Sequence record: SRR22947725_1621
Strand: one strand, 5' to 3'
DNA: 43,315 nt
The notes beneath the pieces were generated by a model that searched no databases, was not told where the DNA came from, and worked only from the letters and a program-made list of their open reading frames with translations. Made by a program: the position numbers and the translations under genes. Shown here piece by piece: positions 36,705 through 43,315 of this stretch (position 1 is the first letter of the stretch; each line of letters begins with the position of its first letter).

Positions 36705-37247
36705 CTACAGTAGACCGCGTTTGTACAGTTTAATCAGACGATCCACATGAGTTTGACTAATTGATAGCTCCACGGAGTAGGTGTCTTGACCTGACGGCTC
36801 AATTTTAACGGTTTCTGCTCCCATGATAGTGCCTCGAACTGCTGCGCTCATTACGTCTGATGTTAGAATTGCTTCCGCAACAGTTGTTTGGCCATCTAAT
36901 TGCACGCCATGGATCTGTTCGGTCAGTACGCGATAAGCATCTAGTCTGGCCGCACGAATTGCCATTAGCCTGCGTTGGTTCAAATTTTTTGATTGTTGTA
37001 CAGCGATTGATGAGAAGCCAACCGCTTTAATTGTCGGGGCAACGTAAGTTGGAGCGCTTGCAAGTGTACTCTCTGCAAGGATCATTTGGGTGTTTTGAAG
37101 GCCAATCCTTTTTGACTTCAAAGTAGCCCTGGAGTGTTGCGAGCTATCTGGTGATTGTAAAAAGGGGATCCCTGCTGTGTCACAAGCCGATACGAATACA
37201 CTGGTGGCCATGATACCAACAGTCAGTGGGATAGATACTGAGCGCAT
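36705..37247 (-). CDS. flgP: FlgP (LPP20-family) lipoprotein
   Basis: Lipobox VSAC; RLMAIRAARLDAYRVLTEQIHGVQLDGQTTV. Confidence 0.85.
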   Translation of the reverse strand: MRSVSIPLTVGIMATSVFVSACDTAGIPFLQSPDSSQHSRATLKSKRIGLQNTQMILAESTLASAPTYVAPTIKAVGFSSIAVQQSKNLNQRRLMAIRAARLDAYRVLTEQIHGVQLDGQTTVAEAILTSDVMSAAVRGTIMGAETVKIEPSGQDTYSVELSISQTHVDRLIKLYKRGLL

Positions 37248-37284
37248 GATGCGTTCCTTTCAATAATAGTCATCTGCGGAATCT

Positions 37285-37300
37285 AGCAATAACTATGCCA
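37285..37300 (-). promoter_or_regulatory. Sigma54 promoter of flgP-flgT-flgA-flgM
   Basis: Minus strand TGGCAT-AGTTA-TTGCT. Confidence 0.82.
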
Positions 37301-37373
37301 GAAACAAACTTCAAAAATTAAACCTGTCATTAGAGATTACCAAGCGCATGATTTTAAGTGAAAAATATAAGTA

Positions 37374-37389
37374 TGGCACGCTTTGTGCA
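37374..37389 (+). promoter_or_regulatory. Sigma54 promoter of flhA-flhF-flhG-fliA
   Basis: TGGCAC-GCTTT-GTGCA, GG-N10-GC. Confidence 0.8.
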
Positions 37390-37458
37390 TACATCTAAAC
37401 TAAGAGCTGTTAACGTTCATTAATCCAGAATTAATGTTTATTATCAGTATTTTAATTT

Positions 37459-37472
37459 GTCATTAATTTGAC
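37459..37472. promoter_or_regulatory. FleQ-type box in the flhA leader
   Basis: GTCA-TTAATT-TGAC, ~70 bp downstream of the flhA sigma54 site. Confidence 0.6.
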
Positions 37473-37491
37473 GCAAGTGAGGGAACTACGC

Positions 37492-39591
37492 ATGCAGCAG
37501 AGCCAGGCCATAGGGTTTTCCATGGGAGACATTAAAAAAATGTCTGGCTCATTGCTTCCTGTTGGCATTCTTGCTTTGGTTGGAATGCTAGTATTACCAT
37601 TGCCGGTGATTTTGTTAGACATGTTCTTTGTTTTTAACATCACAATTTCCCTACTCATCTTAATGGTGGCCCTGCACACCCATCGCCCGCTTGATTTCTC
37701 TTCTTTTCCAAATTTATTACTATTAGCAACAGTCTTGAGGCTAGGTTTAAACGTAGCCTCAACAAGGATAGTTTTGTCAGAGGGTCATAATGGGGCTGAT
37801 GCGGCCGGTAAAGTTATCCAGGCTTTTGGAGAGTTCATTGTGGCGGGCAATTATGCTGTTGGCCTGTTTGTATTTGCTATTCTGGTTATCATTAACCTAG
37901 TGGTGATCACAAAAGGTGCTGGGAGGGTGTCCGAAGTTTCAGCAAGGTTCACGCTTGATGCAATGCCAGGAAAACAAATGGCGATTGATGCTGATCTAAA
38001 TGCTGGAGTCCTGACTCCAGAAGAAGCGACAGATCGTAGGGCTGATGTATCGAAAGAGGCAGATTTTTACGGCTCAATGGACGGCGCCTCAAAGTTTGTA
38101 AAAGGCGATGCAATTGCCGGTATACTGATCTTAGCAATTAATGTGATTGGTGGCCTGATAATTGGAATTGCTCAACACGACTTGAACGTTACCCAAGCAG
38201 CGGAATTTTATGTTCTGCTTTCAATAGGAGACGGGCTGGTAGCACAAATCCCGTCATTGTTACTTTCGATAGCGACAGCCATTATAGTCACGCGTGTGTC
38301 TTCGTCAGAAAACATGTCGGAACACATAAAACGTCAGGTGAACCTTTCCGCGGCTTGGCTACCGACTTCTTTGGTAATGCTTGCATTAGGTTTGGTACCA
38401 GGTATGCCTAATATCCTTTTTATTGGCTTCGCTGCAATCACTGGAATTCTTGCGTGGAATTCTCGAAGAAATGAAGTTTCTGCATTATCCGGTGAAGTGA
38501 TTGCCGAAGGCGGCGAGGATTTAACGGAAGAGGTCGAATTTGGATTAGTAGATGTAAAAGATGCATCAAAGATTTCTGTCAACATTGGTTATGGGCTGGT
38601 ACCGCTAGTGGATGAAGGAAAAGCAGATAATTTGGTCCCTAAAGTTACTCGCTTGAGGAAGGAAATTTCTAAGGCACTGGGGTTCATCGTTCCGGGGGTG
38701 CGAATTCGTGATGATCTAAATTTAGAGGCGTCTCAGTATCAGATAAAGATTGGCCAAAAAATTGTGGCGGATGACCTTATTTATGCGGATAAAAAATTAG
38801 CAATAGCCAGCGACAGTACTAACCTCGAGTTATCTGGTCTAAAAGTTAAGGAGCCAGCTTTTGGTGTTGATGCTTATTGGATTGATAAAGAACTTCAGGC
38901 CGATGCCGAAGCCAAAGGCTATGTGATTGTTGAGCCTGATGATGTTTTAACAACGCACCTGAACCAGATTATTAATAGTTATGCATCAGATTTGTTGGGC
39001 CAAGAAGAAGTCCAAGAATTATTGGATAATCTGAAAGTATCATATCCTAATTTAGTGGATACAGTAGTTCCAAAAGTGATGCCCCTTAATCAGGTAACTT
39101 CAGTCATGAAGTGCATACTTGAGGAAGGCGTACCAATATCTGATCTGAGATTAATTCTTGAAAGCTTAAGCTCAATGAATATCCAGAAGATGGATAGTGA
39201 TGACATAGCTGAGCGCATCCGCCCTAAGTTGGTGCCGCTGTTAATTCAAAAACTTCTGAAATTCAAGGATACTATCCCGTTAATCACATTTTCTCCTGAG
39301 CTTGAACAAATGATTTTGACTACCGTTAGGCAAAACCCTGACGAAAAAATGCTTCTAATTGAGGGAACCCTTGCTAAAAAAATACTTTCGAACCTTAATG
39401 ATGCGTCGGAAAAATTTAACAGTGAAGGAAAGCCCGTGTTTCTTATTGTTGCGCCGCAAATTCGTAAGCATGTGGCAAGGTTTGTTAGATCTCAATTGCC
39501 CTCGATAAATGTTTTGAGTTTCTTAGAATTACCTGAAGACCGAAGTGTAGAAATAGCATTCACAGTTGGAGGTTTCGATGCAATTGAGTAA
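37492..39591 (+). CDS. flhA: Export gate protein FlhA
   Basis: RLGLNVASTR, ITKGAGRVSEVSARFTLDAMPGKQMAIDADL, FYGSMDGASKFVKGDA; GAGG RBS before ATG 37492. Confidence 0.98.
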   Translation: MQQSQAIGFSMGDIKKMSGSLLPVGILALVGMLVLPLPVILLDMFFVFNITISLLILMVALHTHRPLDFSSFPNLLLLATVLRLGLNVASTRIVLSEGHNGADAAGKVIQAFGEFIVAGNYAVGLFVFAILVIINLVVITKGAGRVSEVSARFTLDAMPGKQMAIDADLNAGVLTPEEATDRRADVSKEADFYGSMDGASKFVKGDAIAGILILAINVIGGLIIGIAQHDLNVTQAAEFYVLLSIGDGLVAQIPSLLLSIATAIIVTRVSSSENMSEHIKRQVNLSAAWLPTSLVMLALGLVPGMPNILFIGFAAITGILAWNSRRNEVSALSGEVIAEGGEDLTEEVEFGLVDVKDASKISVNIGYGLVPLVDEGKADNLVPKVTRLRKEISKALGFIVPGVRIRDDLNLEASQYQIKIGQKIVADDLIYADKKLAIASDSTNLELSGLKVKEPAFGVDAYWIDKELQADAEAKGYVIVEPDDVLTTHLNQIINSYASDLLGQEEVQELLDNLKVSYPNLVDTVVPKVMPLNQVTSVMKCILEEGVPISDLRLILESLSSMNIQKMDSDDIAERIRPKLVPLLIQKLLKFKDTIPLITFSPELEQMILTTVRQNPDEKMLLIEGTLAKKILSNLNDASEKFNSEGKPVFLIVAPQIRKHVARFVRSQLPSINVLSFLELPEDRSVEIAFTVGGFDAIE

Positions 39592-39621
39592 GAGAGATAA
39601 TATTATGTTGGAGTGTTCCTC

Positions 39622-40890
39622 ATGCCAGAAGTGAAAATTACCGCCGTGGATACCTCACTAGCAATGGATGAAGTGGAAAAGAAGCTCGGGCCTGATGCCC
39701 TTATTCTGTCTACTACACGCCGTGATGGAATGATAGAGATATTGGCGACAAATGAGCCAGACCAAATAGATGCGGCAAACTTAAAAGCCAAAGAAAAGGC
39801 GAAGGCTCGTCTGGAAAGTAGGCTATTATCTGAAGAGCAAATCGATGCTGCGAACTTAAGAGCCAAAGAAAAGGCTAAGGCGCGTCAGGATAGTAAGTTA
39901 TTATTGAAGCTGCCCTATAGTAATACTACTGAAAAATTTTCTGAACTCGTTGATGCTGAAGTATCTAAATATGAGAATAAATCAGATAACCAAGCGCCAT
40001 TTGATTCTAATGAACCAAACCGGTCTGCATTTGGTTATAACAGGTCTGAAAAATCAAATCTTGCTATTGCATTCGAACAAAAGCTTAGTGAGCTACAGTT
40101 TTTGGTGGACGAAACGATCGCTCTTGGTCAGCAAAGAGACACTTCATTATCAATTAATGCAAAAACGAAAATGCTTGGCTTCAGCAATAAAACTGCAACT
40201 ACCCTGATAGATAAAAACGAGCCAAACCTTGAATTACATGACCTGATGCGTCAATTCACTAGGCAAATTGTCCAAGGGAAAAGTAAAGATTTTGATGCGA
40301 GCCAAATTATTTTAGTTTGCGGTGCTGAGCGATCTGGAAAAACTTTATTTTCTAAAAAGCTCGCTAAATTTTTGCCAACGCATACAGCTGCGCAGAATAG
40401 TACGCTTATTTTGCAAAATAATAGGGTCATCGCTGATCCTCTTTCAGGTGACCTAAATTCATTGTTCAAGTCTAGTTCGGATGCAAACGTCACTTCACTG
40501 TTTAGGAAAAGGCAAGATATTGCCTTAGATGGTAGTAGGTTAATAGTGGATTATGAGGGGCCGATGGATCTTTTAAATTCAGTTTTAATGAGGTTAGAAG
40601 CGCTGGAACATAAGCCGCAGGTGAGCGTGATATACACACTTGAAGTGGGCAAAAGTTATGATGCAGTACGACAAGCTTTAGAATTACTGCAAATACCTAA
40701 TTTGAGTGTCGCGCTCACAAAAATGGATTTGCTTGAAGTTTCAATTTCTGAACTGTCGGCGGTCTTTGATTTGGGAAGAAAAATTCAATTTTTTTCTGGA
40801 TTGAAGACTCTGGAAGATGGCCTTGATTTCGCGAAAATTTCTGTTGTCGAGGATTTTTTGCTGGATATTGTCAGACAGGACGGTTTGTAA
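39622..40890 (+). CDS. flhF: Divergent FlhF (SRP-family GTPase)
   Basis: AM..V.KKLGPDALILST N-terminal motif; GAERSGKT, DYEG, TKMD; sits between flhA and flhG. Confidence 0.75.
   Translation: MPEVKITAVDTSLAMDEVEKKLGPDALILSTTRRDGMIEILATNEPDQIDAANLKAKEKAKARLESRLLSEEQIDAANLRAKEKAKARQDSKLLLKLPYSNTTEKFSELVDAEVSKYENKSDNQAPFDSNEPNRSAFGYNRSEKSNLAIAFEQKLSELQFLVDETIALGQQRDTSLSINAKTKMLGFSNKTATTLIDKNEPNLELHDLMRQFTRQIVQGKSKDFDASQIILVCGAERSGKTLFSKKLAKFLPTHTAAQNSTLILQNNRVIADPLSGDLNSLFKSSSDANVTSLFRKRQDIALDGSRLIVDYEGPMDLLNSVLMRLEALEHKPQVSVIYTLEVGKSYDAVRQALELLQIPNLSVALTKMDLLEVSISELSAVFDLGRKIQFFSGLKTLEDGLDFAKISVVEDFLLDIVRQDGL
39760..39906 (+). repeat. Two in-frame tandem copies of a 75-nt (25 aa) unit in flhF
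   Basis: DQIDAANLKAKEKAKARLESRLL (39760) / EQIDAANLRAKEKAKARQDSKLL (39835). Confidence 0.92.
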
Positions 40891-40894
40891 TCCA

Positions 40895-41686
40895 ATGGTG
40901 AAGTCATTAGCTTTTGTCAGTGGTAAAGGAGGGGTGGGTAAGACCTGTCTTGCAGTAAATTCTGCTATAAATTTAGCTCTCATGGGGTTTAGGGTGGCGG
41001 TTTTGGACACTGACTTTGGATTATCAAATGCCAACATTATGATGGGTGTGAAGGCGGATAATACCATTTCTGACTTTTTATCAGGCAGTAATTCATTTGA
41101 TGATATAATTTGTAATTCACATGGTGGCGTGAAACTTATTCCGGGTGGTTCTGGTACACTTGAGACATTAAACCTTGATACAGAGCAGCGTTGGAAAATT
41201 ATTAGGTCTCTTGATGTGCTGGAAAATGATCTTGATTATTTGATTGTGGATACGCCTGCTGGCGCGTCAAATTCTAGCATTGAATTTGCTGCAGCAGTAG
41301 ATCAGGTCGTGATAACCGTGGTTGGTGAGCCAACCAGCTTTATGGATGCATATGCCTTTTTGAAAGCGCTACATATTGAGAAAGGGGTCAGCCGCTTTTC
41401 AATAATTGTTAATATGGCAAAAAATGAAACATCTGCATTCAGAGATTTTAAAAGTTTTGAGAAAATAGTACTCAAATTTTTCCCGGTGCAGTTAGCTTTC
41501 GCAGGTTGGATGCCTGGATCAAACGACGTTGTGCAGTCCATCATTGCGCGTAAACCGTTCATTCTTGATAAGAAGACCAAAAAACAAGTTGGAACATGCT
41601 TAGATGTAATTACAAATAATCTTAATAAGGTCCCAAAACAAAAGAAGTCTGGCATTCATTTTTTTAGTTCAGAAACTGGATATTAA
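40895..41686 (+). CDS. flhG: MinD-like ATPase FlhG/FleN
   Basis: SGKGGVGKT, DTDFGLSN, DTPAG, EPTS..DAYA..K, IVNM. Confidence 0.93.
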   Translation: MVKSLAFVSGKGGVGKTCLAVNSAINLALMGFRVAVLDTDFGLSNANIMMGVKADNTISDFLSGSNSFDDIICNSHGGVKLIPGGSGTLETLNLDTEQRWKIIRSLDVLENDLDYLIVDTPAGASNSSIEFAAAVDQVVITVVGEPTSFMDAYAFLKALHIEKGVSRFSIIVNMAKNETSAFRDFKSFEKIVLKFFPVQLAFAGWMPGSNDVVQSIIARKPFILDKKTKKQVGTCLDVITNNLNKVPKQKKSGIHFFSSETGY

Positions 41687-41688
41687 AA

Positions 41689-42393
41689 ATGTCAAACCCG
41701 TATAATACCAAAGTTCCAATTGACCGCCTGATTGAAAAAAATACTGGGCTAGTCAAAAAATACGCCTATTTTTATGCCGGGCGGGTTCAAAAGGCTGCTG
41801 AAGTTGAGGATCTTTTGCAAGTGGGAATGATGGGTCTAATTGAGGCTGCTCACAAGTACGAGAATAGAGAAGGCGTTGCTTTCGAAAGCTACGCTCGGAT
41901 GCGTATTAAAGGTTCGATAGTGGATTATCTTCGTAAGATATCTAACCTTTGCCGAACAACGGTCAAGCAAAAGCAAAATACTGATAAAGCGAAACGCATA
42001 TTGGAACTAAAACTTGGCCGTATTCCTGATGCAGCCGAAGTTGCTAAAGAACTAAAAATTACATCTGTTGAGTTGTCACGGTGGGAGCAAAATTTTGCAG
42101 CAAACCAGAACCAGAGTATTGACGAGGTAACAGAATTATACGGTGATTTTATTTTTTCTGTGGAGCCAAATGTTGAGGATAAAATATTCAATGGCGAACT
42201 TAAGAAATATTTACGACAAGCGATTGGACAGTTAACTAAACAACAGATTTTAGTTATCGAGCTTTATTATGTGAAAGAGTTAAATGTCTATGAAATTGCG
42301 GAAATCTTGTCTGTCAGTACCGGCCGAGTTTCTCAGATTAAATCGGCGGCTATAGCCGCACTGCGTGAAAAAATAGAATTGGAACTAATTTGA
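41689..42393 (+). CDS. fliA: Flagellar sigma factor sigma28
   Basis: EDLLQVG.MGLIEA, FESYA.MRIKG.IVD.LR, LYY..ELN..EIA.IL.VS.GRVSQI. Confidence 0.95.
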   Translation: MSNPYNTKVPIDRLIEKNTGLVKKYAYFYAGRVQKAAEVEDLLQVGMMGLIEAAHKYENREGVAFESYARMRIKGSIVDYLRKISNLCRTTVKQKQNTDKAKRILELKLGRIPDAAEVAKELKITSVELSRWEQNFAANQNQSIDEVTELYGDFIFSVEPNVEDKIFNGELKKYLRQAIGQLTKQQILVIELYYVKELNVYEIAEILSVSTGRVSQIKSAAIAALREKIELELI

Positions 42394-42809
42394 TGACGGT
42401 TGTTCCCCTAACGTCAGTTTTTGAAGAATTGCAATTAACTGTCGCAAGCGCAGAAGTCGTGTTGTCGAGTCTGAAAAACGGTGTGGAGATAATGCTCTCA
42501 TGTGAAATATCTTCATTACCGACACATAACTGTAATATGGTTTTTAAGAAGTCGGGTTCAAATGACGCCATGATTGGACAAATGTGTTTTCGCTCTCTTC
42601 GACCTTTGGTTACGGCAGAAATATTTATAAATCATAAAAATTTCGAAACATTAGAAAAAATATGCAGTGGTGGGGAACCCGTCAGGCCGATTTCTTTATA
42701 CTTGAAAATTGCAAAGATAGGAGAAATTAAGAACGGAGAGATTATAATCGGAAACGAAGACTTTACTGTAGATATTTTTGACATTTCCTGGCGGCGTCCA
42801 CTATTTTAG
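42393..42809 (+). CDS. Hypothetical protein
   Basis: 138-aa ORF coupled to fliA by a TGATG overlap. Confidence 0.65.
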   Translation: MTVVPLTSVFEELQLTVASAEVVLSSLKNGVEIMLSCEISSLPTHNCNMVFKKSGSNDAMIGQMCFRSLRPLVTAEIFINHKNFETLEKICSGGEPVRPISLYLKIAKIGEIKNGEIIIGNEDFTVDIFDISWRRPLF

Positions 42810-43157
42810 TCACATTTTGAAGCTTTTAAATGCACATTTGTAGATTAATTTTTCTCCACTGCGAGTTTCGATCGCAGTTTTTTCCCCTAAGTTTATTATA
42901 AATTTTGATTGCTGGTGCTCAAAGTGTAAATTCTCGCCCTCTAAATTTTTAGTTTTAAGTGTCGTAATTTCTTCATCAGGTTTTTCAAAATTCACGAACA
43001 TATCGCTCTTTAATTTTTTATAAGTAATCTGGAAACTAATCTGCCCGTTTGCGCAGCTTATCAAATTACTTTCGAAGCGCGTATTTTGCATCATAAAAAT
43101 AAAGATATAAGCCAGCCCAACTACCGTCAATAATATGAAGGTGACGTCTTTGCGCAT
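42810..43157 (-). CDS. Hypothetical protein with N-terminal TM
   Basis: 115 aa, N-terminal hydrophobic helix, two Cys; TAATG overlap with upstream ORF. Confidence 0.65.
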   Translation of the reverse strand: MRKDVTFILLTVVGLAYIFIFMMQNTRFESNLISCANGQISFQITYKKLKSDMFVNFEKPDEEITTLKTKNLEGENLHFEHQQSKFIINLGEKTAIETRSGEKLIYKCAFKSFKM

Positions 43158-43315
43158 TATTCAAAATACTTTGCTTTTTTATCTGAAACTAATTTATCAG
43201 CATCATCTTTGCTAACCGAAACTACCATGTCTTTTATTAATTTTACACCGTTATGAGTTGTTGTTTTGGTTATTGTTACCTGAATATCGCCATCGCCATC
43301 GCCATCGCCATCGCC
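43157..43315 (-). CDS. 3' end of a protein with a Gly-Asp repeat (runs off window)
   Basis: Open frame GDGDGDGDGDIQVTITKTTTHNGVKLIKDMVVSVSKDDADKLVSDKKAKYFE*, stop overlaps the next ATG. Confidence 0.65.
   Translation of the reverse strand, partial: GDGDGDGDGDIQVTITKTTTHNGVKLIKDMVVSVSKDDADKLVSDKKAKYFE
43286..43315. repeat. Hexanucleotide tandem repeat (ATCGCC)5, truncated by window end
   Basis: Five perfect copies reaching the last base. Confidence 0.97.

Overview
AT-rich bacterial window holding most of a sigma54/sigma28-controlled flagellar gene cluster of the gammaproteobacterial-like type also known as Rhodobacter (Cereibacter) sphaeroides Fla1. Gene order: fliI(partial)-fliJ-fliKLMN-fliOPQR-flhB-four accessory genes (one MotF-like), then a ~13 kb inserted glycosylation island, then rpoN, a very short flagellin, pomA/motA-motB, fliD, an N-terminally truncated fleQ, flgM-flgA-flgT-flgP and flhA-flhF-flhG-fliA. 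The island carries a CDP-6-deoxy-C-methyl-sugar pathway (rfbF, rfbG, 3,5-epimerase, C-methyltransferase, reductase, acyltransferase), a TPR-GT41 (OGT/SPINDLY-like) glycosyltransferase and a GT2. It also holds at least four, probably five, decayed IS3-family pieces, one nested inside another. Sigma54 promoters, FleQ-type GTCA-N6-TGAC boxes and sigma28-like promoters can be read directly. The best candidates for new biology are GT41-dependent glycosylation of a minimal flagellin with a CDP-derived branched sugar, and unassigned flagellar accessory genes (Cys4 peptide, PDZ/DUF2628-like membrane protein, nitrile-hydratase-leader-like protein paired with a Sel1 protein). All assignments come from motif recognition by eye; no searches were run and the host taxon is not established.
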